DNA of 64,000 nucleotides from Chrysomallon squamiferum (taxonomy: Eukaryota; Animalia; Mollusca), in the NCBI GenBank assembly GCA_012295275.1, contig CM022676.1:16616001-16680000 (forward strand), read 5' to 3'. Shown here in pieces: positions 25,882 to 37,793 of this stretch. A program made the translations under genes and the position numbers. Below the pieces are notes generated by a model that saw only the letters and a program-made list of their open reading frames with translations, did no database searches and was not told the origin of the DNA. The first letter of the stretch is position 1, and the number at the start of each line of letters is the position of its first letter.

Positions 25882-26714
25882 TTGTTGGTATTCCTGATAA
25901 TACTACGTATAAAGAGAAAACTTTGTCAAAAAATCTATGTAATAATAATAATAATAATAATAATAAACAATTCCTTTATGATACAGTTTATTGTTTAGTT
26001 TTATCTATTTAAATTTGTTTGCAAATTAATAAGTAGATTCTGTACTGAAAGTTCGAATATTTCTACTATCCGTATTTAAAATGTCTGTCCTCTCTGTTCA
26101 GTTTATTATTGAAAAACGTGTAAGTGATAACATGATCTACTAGTCTTTTTTGTCTAGACTAAAGTTTAGTTAGATGTCTAAAATTTATTTCCCTGAGGTA
26201 AAGATCACTTTACTACAAAGTCAACTTCATCAGCGAGAGAGAGAAAATACACTAGGTATTGTCAAGCCTAAAGTACAAAAGGAAATTTTCAGTTATAAAA
26301 ATTAGAATTGGAACATGAACTTCGAGTATGAGAAGGAAAGAATATGAATAACCAATGTACTGATAAAAGTTCAATAGGTTTCAAATTATATGATTATACA
26401 CTCTTAGGTGCACATTATCGATTGCAGTAAGGATATACACATAAAATAGGTATTCAGTGCTGATCTACATTTATATACTAATAAATATAAATGGGTCTAT
26501 CAAACTGACAAAAGTGTGTCTATTCCCATATTTAGTCTAGATGTTTCTTTCATTTGTTCACAATGCCTGTGACTTTAGAAACACAATCCATTAACAGTAA
26601 ATGATTGTGTCTGTCTATCAGAAATTCAAAGTTCAGTAAAACAGCATATTAGTGATGTAGCCTCAACTCAGTATCAGTGAATAGTAACATCGTACCTTGA
26701 TCCTTCCTAGACAT
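25438..26714 (-). CDS. Candidate small basic protein, 63 aa, two coding exons (26696-26714 and 25438-25610)
   Basis: ATG TCT AGG AAG GAT CAA G|gtacg ... ttttaaag|GT GGT TAC joins in phase 1 to give MSRKDQGGYSAAFSDYSKLKVEGSRTISGKNGLRGHTGKIGDWKITVRNKSSGKNPKPTLSFT*. Exon 2 is a GC-richer island in AT-rich DNA. Confidence 0.55.
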
Positions 26715-26745
26715 AGTTTTTAGATATCTACACAAACAGATAAAT

Positions 26746-26804
<59 letters not shown>

Positions 26805-27551
26805 CGAAGGTAGATAACCACGTCTATACTTAACGTAAATCACATTATCTATAACACTGTGTTTGATTTGACACATTTCTTTTACGTATATTAACTCTAG
26901 ATATTTTATTAACTTTCTAATTTATGTAAATCAAGTTAATATATTAATATAAATTTAAGTGACACACACAAACACACACACACACACACACACACACATA
27001 TGTATAGGTGTGTCTGTGAGTGTATCTATGTTTGTGTCTCTCTTGTTATTCAAAAAGTGCCTTTAAAAGTTCGTAAGTGCGTACTTTTCTGTAAATATAT
27101 TTTTGTGTATGTTTGCTTGTGTGTATGTGTGCGTGTGTATGTATCTATATGTTTCTGTATGTATCCATGTATATGTATGTGTATGTATGCATGTTTCCAC
27201 TCGCATATATACATACATAAACATGCATACATCTGTCAATATAATAATGAAGGATGAACAAAAAGTAAGCGGTTTCTTGTTTCTTTGTTTCAGTGTTCTA
27301 TTAAGGAGTTTTAGTTACTTCACAAAATAAAGTTATACTGAAACGTGTAAACCCTAACTGAAGCGTCAAAACATGAATTTAAACTGGAAGAAAGAAAACA
27401 TCTTGTACACCAAAAGACAATGTGAAACATGAAACATAACGGGAAAGAGGAGGAAATGTAAAATGAAACAAGTGAAATAAATAAATTGAGTAGTCAGAAG
27501 ATAAACTGAAACATGAAAAGATAAGCAAACACGTGAGATAACAAAAACATA

Positions 27552-29272
27552 ATGTGTTCAAAATACGGAGGAGTAAATGATTCTTACCTGGAGGACATAC
27601 TGGAGAAGGATGAAGAAACATTGCAGTTTGAACTGAATAAACTGAAGGATGATGATGAAGAACTGCTGTTTGATCTTAAAACATTGAACGAGAAGAATGC
27701 TGAAGCACTGCTAATTGAACTGAAGGATCGACAAAAACAGTTTTTCAGACTTCTCACTCAAAGAAGACTTTCGTCGAGTGATGTGTGTTTGATAACAAAA
27801 TTACTAGCAAAGTCGTGCAGCTGCGAAGTACACACAGAACAAGTATTCAACCTTCTACTGGATGTCGAGAGATCGCTGTTTTTAGAACGCACGGTTCCGC
27901 CACTGTTGAGGGAGATATCTGCTGATTGTTCAGTAGCTGCTGAGAAAATGTCTCTTCCATTTGTAGCCGATGTCCTTGACCTGCTTGTACAGTTATCACT
28001 GCGGCTGCCTCATACCATCGTTGAGGTTGCAGGAGTTAACTTGTAGATTACGCTGTGGCCAGTTTAAGAAAACGTGGGTTGTCTGTCCCTGAGACGATAG
28101 ACATGAAAACAAAACAACTCTTAGAACTGAAAACGTCAATGACGAAAAAGGCTCAAAGTGACAGACTAACAGCAGCAAAGAAACCGTCACTTCCGAATGA
28201 CTTCAGAAGAATTTCAGTGATGCCAACGTAGGATGACATTTATCGCACAAACGCGCCCTTCCTTCGCAGGATGAAGGAAAGAGGTGCGTACTACGATCTC
28301 GACGACTACCTCGATGTACAGTTCAGACTGTTGAGGGAAGATGTCATTCAGCCGCTGTAAGAAGCTATTCATGAATATGTGTCGTTTGACAACCATCCAG
28401 AAAACAATGTTTCTCTTCGCACGTATAAAGGTGTTAAAATACTAAATTCAGATTTCAAAAATGCAAAGTTCGTGCATACTGTGACATTTGACACAAGGAA
28501 ACTGAAAGACATCCAGTGGGAGTACACGAAACGACTGAAATATGGTTATCTGGTGTATCTGTCGAGCAACGGTTTCAAAACGTTTACCATTGCAACTATT
28601 GAATCGGGGCCTGCAAAGGATGACAACGGTGTAGTCACAGTTGAGATTTTTGAAGAACATGTTGTAGGCAACACAGGAATCGATATGACGAAGCCGATGG
28701 TGATGTTGGAAACACCGGCTTACTTTGAAGCGTATCGCTACGTCTTGTCGTCTCTGCAGAATATTAACAAGCTTCCGTTCGATGAATACATTGTACACTG
28801 TACAACTGAAGTGAAACAGCCAGCCTACCTGAGAGGCAAAGCAAATGTCCACTATCAATTCCAGAACAAGACTAAGACAACTCAGGCTACAAAAAAGAGA
28901 AATATGATTAAAATTTCGTCCAGGATACCTCTGACTACCCGACGACAAGTATTTTCAGGTATTTTCAGTGAAGAAGCAGACGATGAGGATGAGAGCCACA
29001 ATGGCGTTCCTGTTCTGAATCTGAACAAGTGGCCCCAGCCAGAGACTCTGAAACTGGAGGCCGCTCAGTTCAAGGCGTTTCAACAAGCCCTGACCAAAGA
29101 ATTTGTCATCATTCAGGGACCTCCAGGAACGGGAAAAACATACATAGGACTAAAAATAATAGAAACTTTATTAAGAAACAGAGACATCTGCGAACGAGAC
29201 AGAGACATCTGGGAAGGAGACAGAGGAATCCCCATTTCAGTTCTGTGTTATACGAATCACGCCTTAGACCAA
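27552..29272 (+). pseudogene. ZNFX1: ZNFX1-like (NFX1-type zinc finger-containing protein 1) SF1 helicase, disrupted and truncated after motif Ia
   Basis: Hallmarks PNDFRRISVMPT*DDI...PFLR...GAYYDLDDYLDVQFRLLREDVIQPL*, KRLKYG.LVYLS, ETPAYFEAYRYVL, LPFDEYIV, IQGPPGTGKTYIGLKI and VLCYTNHALDQ. Frameshift near 28040; in-frame TAG at 28229-28231 and TAA at 28358-28360. No further helicase motifs follow. Confidence 0.9.
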
Positions 29273-29399
29273 ATACGAGCAGAATTGCGACAGACAGAGA
29301 TACCAACAACAGGACATCGGACAGATATACTAAGAAAAGGGCGTGACACAGATATACTTAAAGAAGAGCTTCAAACAGATATACAAAAGAAAGAGCATC

Positions 29400-32300
29400 G
29401 AAGAGAGATGCTAACAATAGGGCGGCAGACAAAGCTACAGACAGTAGGACATCAGACACAGCCAAATCTACTGACAGTAGGGCATGAGACGAAGCTCCTA
29501 GTAGAAAGGCATCAGACAAAGCTACTAACAAAAGTGTGTCACACAAAGCTACTGACAGTAGGGCATCAGACAAAGCCAAAGCTACTGATAGTAGAGCATG
29601 AGACGAAGCTCCTAGCAGAAAGGCATCAGACAAAGCTACTAACAGAAGGGTGTCACACAAAGCTACTGACAGCAGGGCACCAGACAAAGCTAATGACAGT
29701 AGCCATCAGATGAAGCTACTAACAGCCGTCAGATGAATCTACTGACAGTAGGGCGGTAGACCAAGTTACTGACAGTAGGGCGGTAGACAAAGTTACTGAC
29801 AGTAGGGCGGTAGACAAAGTTACTGACAGTAGGGCGGCAGACAAAGCTAATGACAGTACAGAGGCAGACAAACATACTGACACTAGGGCGGTAGACAAAT
29901 ATACTGACAGTAGGGAGGTAGACAAACCTACTGACAGTAGGCATCAGTCGAAGTTACTAACAGTAGGGCGGCAGACAAAGCTACTGACAGTAGGGTGGCA
30001 GACAAAGCTACTGACAGTAGGGCGGCAGACAAAGCTACTGACAGTAGGGCGGCAGACAAAGCTACTGACAGTAGGGCGGCAGACAAAGCTACTGACAGTA
30101 GGGCGGCAGACAAAGTTACTGACAGTAGGGCGGCAGACAAAGTTACTGACAGTAGGGCATCAGACAAATATACTGACAGTAGGGCGGCAGACAAAGCTAC
30201 GGACAGTAGGACATCAGACAAACCTACTGACAGTAGGGAGGCAGACAAAGCTACTGACAGTAGGACATCAGACAAAGCTACTAACAGTAGGACATCAGGC
30301 AAACCTACTGACAGTAGGACATCAGACAAAGCCAAAGCTACTGATAGTAGAGCATGAGACGAAGCTCCTAGCAGAAAGGCATCAGACAAAGCTACTAACA
30401 GAAGGGTGTCACACAAAGCTACTGACAGCAGGGCACCAGACAAAGCTAATGACAGTAGCCATCAGATGAAGCTACTAACAGCCGTCAGATGAATCTACTG
30501 ACAGTAGGGCGGTAGACCAAGTTACTGACTGTAGGGCGGTAGACAAAGTTACTGACAGTAGGGCGGTAGACAAAGTTACTGACAGTAGGGCGGCAGACAA
30601 AGCTAATGACAGTACAGAGGCAGACAAACATACTGACACTAGGGCGGTAGACAAACATACTGACAGTAGGGAGGTAGACAAACCTACTGACAGTAGGCAT
30701 CAGTCGAAGTTACTAACAGTAGGGCGGCAGACAAAGCTACTGACAGTAGGGTGGCAGACAAAGCTACTGACAGTAGGGCGGCAGACAAAGCTACTGACAG
30801 TAGGGCGGCAGACAAAGCTACTGACAGTAGGGCGGCAGACAAAGCTACTGACAGTAGGGCGGCAGACAAAGTTACTGACAGTAGGGCGGCAGACAAAGTT
30901 ACTGACAGTAGGGCATCAGACAAATATACTGACAGTAGGACATCAGACAAACCTACTGACAGTAGGGAGGCAGACAAAGCTACTGACAGTAGGACATCAG
31001 ACAAAGCTACTAACAGTAGGACATCAGGCAAACCTACTGACAGTAGGACATCAGACAAAGCCAAAGCTACTGATAGTAGAGCATGAGACGAAGCTCCCAG
31101 CAGAAAGGCATCAGACAAAGCTACTAACAGAAGGGTGTCACACAAAGCTACTGACAGCAGGGCACCAGACAAAGCTAATGACAGTAGCCATCAGATGAAG
31201 CTACTAACAGCCGTCAGATGAATCTACTGACAGTAGGGCGGTAGACCAAACCTGACTGTAGGGCGGTAGACAAAGTTACTGACAGTAGGGCGGTAGACAA
31301 AGTTACTGACAGTAGGGCGGCAGACAAAGCTAATGACAGTACAGAGGCAGACAAACATACTGACACTAGGGCGGTAGACAAACATACTGACAGTAGGGAG
31401 GTAGACAAACCTACTGACAGTAGGCATCAGTCGAAGTTACTAACAGTAGGGCGGCAGACAAAGCTACTGACAGTAGGGTGGCAGACAAAGCTACTGACAG
31501 TAGGGCGGAGACAAAGCTACTGACAGTAGGGCGGCAGACAAAGCTACTGACAGTAGGGCGGCAGACAAAGCTACTGACAGTAGGGCGGCAGACAAAGTTA
31601 CTGACAGTAGGGCGGCAGACAAAGTTACTGACAGTAGGGCATCAGACAAATATACTGACAGTAGGGCGGCAGACAAAGCTACGGACAGTAGGACATCAGA
31701 CAAATATACTGACAGTAGGGCGGCAGACAAAGCTACGGACAGTAGGACATCAGACAAACCTACTGACAGTAGGGAGGCAGACAAAGCTACTGACAGTAGG
31801 ACATCAGACAAAGCTACTAACAGTAGGACATCAGGCAAACCTACTGACAGTAGGACATCAGACAAACCTTCTGACAGTAGGGCGGCAGAAAAAAGCTACT
31901 GACAGTAGGGTATCAGAAAAACCTACTAACATTAGGGCATTAGAGAAACCTACTCACAGTAGGGCATCAGACAAACTTACTGACAGTAGGGCGGCAGACA
32001 AACCTACTGACAGTAGGGCGGCAGAAAAAAGCTACTGACAGTAGGGTATCAGAAAAACCTACTAACATTAGGGCATTAGAGAAACCTACTCACAGTAGGG
32101 CATCAGACAAACTTACTGACAGTAGGGCGGCATACAAACCTACTGACAGTAGGGCATCAGACAAAGATACTAACGGTAGGACGGCAGACAAAGCTACTGA
32201 CAGTAAGGCATCAGACAAATATACTAACAGTAGGACGGCAGACAAAGCTACGGACAGTAGGACATCAGACAAACCTACTGACAGTAGGGAGGCAGACAAA

Positions 32301-34090
32301 GCTACTGACAGTAGGACATCAGACAAAGCTACTAACAGTAGGGCATCAGATGAAGCTACTGACAGTAGGACATCAGATGAAGCTACTGACAATAGGACAT
32401 CAGCCAAACCTAGTAACAGTAGGGCGGCAGACAAAGCTACTGACAGTAGGGCATGAGACAAAGATACTGACAGTAGGGCGGCAGACAAAGCTACTGACAG
32501 TAGGGCGGCAGACAAAGCTACTGACAGTAGGGCGGCAGACAAAGTTACTGACAGTAGGGCATCAGACAAATATACTGACAGTAGGGCGGCAGACAAAGCT
32601 ACGGACAGTAGGACATCAGACAAAGCTACTAACAGTAGGACATCAGGCAAACCTACTGACAGTAGGACATCAGGCAAACCTACTGACAGTAGGGCGGCAG
32701 AAAAAAGCTACTGACAGTAGGGTATCAGAAAAACCTACTAACATTAGGGCATTAGAGAAACCTACTCACAGTAGGGCATCAGACAAACTTACTGACAGTA
32801 GGGCGGCAGACAAACCTACTGACAGTAGGGCATCAGACAAAGATACTAACGGTAGGACGGCAGACAAAGCTACTGACAGTAGGGCATCAGAGAAACCTAC
32901 TAACAGTAGGGCATCAGATGAAGCTACTGACAGTAGGACATCAGATGAAGCTACTGACAGTAGGACATCAGCCAAACCTAGTAACAGTAGGGCGGCAGAC
33001 AAAGCTACTGACAGTAGGGCATCAGACAAAGATACTAACAGTAGGGCATCAGATGAAGCTACTGACAGCAGGACATCAGATGAAGCTACTGACAGTAGGA
33101 CATCAGCCAAACCTAGTAACAGTAGGGCGGCAGACAAAGCTACTGACAGTAGGGCATCAGACAAAGATACTAACAGTAGGGCATCAGATGAAGTTACTGA
33201 CAGTAGGACATCAGACAAACCTACTGACAGTAGGACATCAGACAAAGCTACTGACAGTAGGACATGAGACAAACCTACTGATAGTAGGACATCAGACAAA
33301 GCTAATGACAGTAGGGCGGCAGACAAAGCTGCTGAGAGTAGGGCGGCAGACAAAACTACTGACAGTAGGGCGGCAGACAAAGCTACTGACAGTAGGACAT
33401 CAGACAAAGCTGCTAACAGTAGGGCGGAAGACAAAGCTACTAACAGTAGGACATCAGACAAAGCTACTAATAGTAGGGCATCAGACAAAGCTGCTAACAG
33501 TAGGGCGGAAGACAAAGATACTGACAGTAGGACATCAGACAAAGCTACTAAGAGTAGGGCGGCAGACAAAGCTACTGACTGTATGACATGAGACAAAGCT
33601 ACTAACAGTAGGGCGGCAGACAAAGCTACTGACAGTAGGGCGGCAGATGAAGCTACTGACAGTAGGACATCAGACAAAGCTACTAACAGTAGGGCATCAG
33701 ATGAAGCTACTGACAGAAGGACATCAGGTGAAGCTACTGACAGTAGGACATCAGAAAAACCTACTAACAGTAGGGCGGCAGAGAAACCTACTAACAGTAG
33801 GGCGGCGGATGAAGCTACTGACAGTAGGACATCAGACAAAGCTACTAACAGTAGGGCATCAGATGAAGGTACTGGCAGTAGGACATCAGACAAACCTACT
33901 AACTGTAGGGCGGCAGACAAAGCTACTGACAGTATGACATCAGACAAAGATACTAACAGTAGGGCATCAGATGAAGCTACTAACAGTAGGACATCAGACA
34001 AACCTACTGACATTAGGGCGGCAGAGAAAGGTACGTCAGCGAGCGATACCAACAGAAGAGAATCAGACAGAGATACTAACAGTAAACCGT
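29400..34090 (+). repeat. 27-bp minisatellite (gctactgacagtagggcggcagacaaa) with higher-order repeats
   Basis: 9-codon unit (KATDSRAAD, TKLLTVGRQ, or antisense LLSVALSAA). The variant block agccatcagatgaagctactaacagccg recurs at 29701, 30457 and 31186, giving periods of 756 and 729 bp. Units degenerate at both edges. Confidence 0.97.
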
Positions 34091-34099
34091 CGGATAGAG

Positions 34100-34760
34100 A
34101 GGCATCCAAAGTGGAGGCTGAAATCACACTTTCAGATATTCAGATGGAAAAATTACACGTAACACGTTCAGGCACCCATTACACAAGAACGGAAAAAAAG
34201 AAGTATATTTGCACAACAAATCAAAACAACAATAATCCCTCAAATAATTCCAAAGCATACAGAGAAAAAGATTTTACATAAGCAAATACGGAGAAAGATC
34301 ATCTCAGAGGAAAATCCGTGAGCGATTATCCAGGAGCAGATAAAGACAGACATAATCCTAAAACAAAGAGAGACGAGTATTTTCAGAATACAAATAAAGA
34401 GAAAAATTATCCCAGAGAAATTAAAACGAGGGATTATCCTAGAGCAAAATTTCACAGCGATTACCGAGGAGAAAAGAGATTAAATAATTATCCCATAGGA
34501 ACTAAAGCCAAGGATTATATTATACCAAAAACTTGCACCTATTATCGAGGAGGAGAGAAATTGAATGATCATCCGAAAATTACATCAGAACTGGATTATC
34601 GAGTAACCAACACAAACAGGGATTATATCCAGGGAAACTCAGACAGTATCTCCAGACTCGATTCGCCTGATACAGACTACACTGTGACGGGAAAATGAAA
34701 AGAAGCATTTAACAGTGGCAGAAGAAGTAGTCACCAAACGAGTAGAGAAAAATAAAGAAG
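34100..34760 (+). pseudogene. Low-complexity coding-like tail with ~10-aa D/N-Y-P/R periodicity, in frame with the KATDSRAAD reading
   Basis: ORFs 33934..34281 and 34318..34698 share a frame, separated by one stop. Recurrent motifs SDYP, KNYP, RDYP, SDYR, NNYP, KDYI, LDYR and RDYI. Confidence 0.5.
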
Positions 34761-35164
34761 AAAGAAAACAAGTAATCACTATGATCAATTTGTTTTAATG
34801 TTTTCAAACGTACACGTATACGTATTATATATAAAGACACAGACATACAACCACACACAAATTACAAATAAATATAATATAATCGTAAAACTGGTACACA
34901 CAATCACCACAAATACAGGCTCACATATATCATAATTTACTTTGTGGTTCTCAATCAGTCAGAGTAAAAATTAATTTAAGTTGTTGGTTTTTGTTGGTTT
35001 TTATTATTATTTTACAGAGTTGTTCAAAGTAAACATTTTATAAGAAAAAACAAAAATCTCTTCCTCGCCAGTTTGTGCTTAAAAGAGTCACACAACAACT
35101 GCAGAGAAGATTCAGACGAGTATGCTGATAAAGACGGTGACGATGATGCTGATTATCTTGCTGC

Positions 35165-36566
35165 TGTTAAAAGTCACACTGTGTGTTTCTATTAATACAT
35201 TTGTGTGTATATTCACACTGTATATTTCCAATAATACGTTTTTGTTGTTTTTAAAGTTACTCTGTATATTTCTCATAAATAATTTTTGTTTAAAGTTAAA
35301 TTGTATAATTCTTATCAGACAGTTTTTATAAAGTTACAATGCATATTTCTATTAATACGTGTTTTTGTTTGTATATTTTTACCATGTATATTTCTAATAA
35401 TAAGTTTAAAGTATCCCTTATGTTTTCTAATAATACGTGTTTAGTTTAAAGTTATCCTGTGTATTTTCTAATACTATGTTTTTGTTTAAAGTTATCCTGT
35501 ATATTTTCTAATACTATGTTTTTGTTTAAAGTTTCACTGTACATTTCTAATAATACATTTTTGTTTAAATTTACTCTGTATATTTCTGAAAGGCTTTTAT
35601 TTAAAATTGCACTGTATATTGCTAGTTTAATTTTTCATCGATTTGCACTGCATGGTTTTATTAATTAGTTTTTGTTTAAAGTTACAGTTCATATTTCTAA
35701 TAATACGTTGCTGTTTAAACTTACACTGTGTAATTCCAGAAACATATTTTTGGATAAAGTTGCACTGTATATTTCAAAAATGCGTTTTTTTGTGTGTGTG
35801 TGTGTGTGTTTTTTTGTTTTATTTGTTGTTGTTTTTCTGGGGTTTTTTTTGTATTTTTTTGTTGTTTTTGTTGTTATTGTTTTTGTTAAGTTCCACAGTA
35901 CCGTTCTAAAATCATTGCATATTTCTGAAAATAGGTTCTTTTTTAGCCATTTCATTATGTATTTCTAATAATGTTTTTTTGTTATTATTAATCGTACACT
36001 GCATATTTCTAACAATACGCTTAAGTGTGTTTAAAGATACCTACATACCATCAAAAATAGTTTAATTTTTGAACTTTCTCTGTATATTTCTAACAATATG
36101 TTTTTGTCTAATGTTGTACTATATAGTTCCAATAATACATTTGTATTTAAAGATACGTTGCCCATTTCTAATAATACATTTTTGTTTAAAGATACCACAT
36201 ACAATTCTAATAACACATTTTTATTTAATGTTGCATTACACATTCCTAATATGACATTTTTTGTTTAAGTTTCACCGTATGTTTCTAATAATAAGTTTTT
36301 GTTTAAAAATAACCATCTATATCTTTTAATAATACGTGTTTCCTTTAAAATTACCATGCATATTTCTAATAATACGTTTTTCCTTAAAGTTAACCTGTAT
36401 CTTTTCTAACAATACGTGTTTTGTTCAAAGTTATCCTGTATATTTTCCAATAATACGTTTACTGTGTATTTGTAATTATACGTTTTTATTTAAAATTACC
36501 ATTTCTAGTTTTCTGATAAGACGCTTTTGTTTAAAGTTTCGCTGTATATTTTTAATAATAAGTGTG

Positions 36567-36599
<33 letters not shown>

Positions 36600-36725
36600 T
36601 CCTGTATATTTTCTAATAATACGTTTTTAAAGTTATATCCTATATTTTCTAATTATAAGTTTTTGTTAAAACTTATCCTGAATATATTCTAAAAATACGT
36701 CCTTGTTTAAAGTTTCTCTGCACAT
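35165..36725. repeat. Degenerate AT-rich tandem array, ~39-40 bp unit (ttaaagttaccctgtatatttctaataatacgtttttgt-like)
   Basis: The unit recurs at 35451, 35491, 35531, 35570 and onward. Confidence 0.9.
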
Positions 36726-37793
36726 TTCATAATAAATCGTCTATTTATTTTTAAATGATGAAGCTATAGATTATTATGTAGACAAAAGTGGCATACAAAT
36801 ATATGTGTAACATATAACTGATTATACTAAACCAATTGAGTATCACTGTAGAGACCTGTTTTCACCAGTGATGTAATTCAGTCTTTAGTTGATTGTTTTG
36901 ACGTCCGCTAGATGAGGTGATATTTAAACAGCATCGACTTGAAGACGATAGCCATGCGAGAAGCACAACTGGATTAAGAAGGGCAGAACATTTTGTAAAT
37001 TTGATTGTTGTGGAAATGTTTAGGACATGTTGCTGTTACGGGCACATTTAGGTGAGATGTCGTTACACAACTCTTGTAGTAAGTAAAGAAAGGAAATTTG
37101 TTATAATGCTCATCACTGAGTTTTTATTTTTATTATATTCTATGTTGTTTTATTTATTTTCAATTGTATTTTGCTAAGACGACAAACAACAAAACTATAA
37201 GCATGTTTGCTGAACTGCAATATGTTCGGTGGATAATAATCAAGTCTCTTTTAAAACAATTATTGTTCTGTGCGATAATAACTCATCATCATTATAATTT
37301 ACTGTCCTCAAGTCCGAGAGTTTAGTGCATGTGTGTGCACAAAAAATCAACGCCACACATTTTTGTTACTAGACATTGTTTAATGAGAATCTTACTAGAC
37401 ATACTTAATCACAATTATATTAGATATACTTTAAGCAGAATCATAATAGACACAGTTAGTCACAATTTTACTAGACTGTAGTTGTAGCACATAAAATATA
37501 CCAACAAACACTGTATACTACACATGTAGACATAACAGAAGTATCGAACCCATATACATTTTTTTGGTTTGTTTCTTAAATGGCTCTAAAGGCGTTCTTG
37601 TATGAAAATGATAAAAAATATACATATTTAGCTATCTTTCCTGAATAAGAAAATTCAGTAATGGTGAATACGTGTTACAATATTTGTTCCTATATATGCA
37701 TATATGTGTGTATAGGTGTGTGTTTGTGTGTGATAAAAGTGACAAAATAAGCTCTTTCAATGTTTTAAGTAACCACATTAATAAAGAGATATA

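Noticed and set aside
29400-34090. Possible CRISPR-like array
   Set aside because: Contiguous tandem units with no unique spacers, no cas genes and a eukaryotic context.
32766-34127. 453-aa minus-strand ORF of LLSVALSAA repeats and similar overlapping ORFs at 29.3-33.9 kb
   Set aside because: By-products of the 27-bp repeat being stop-free in several frames.
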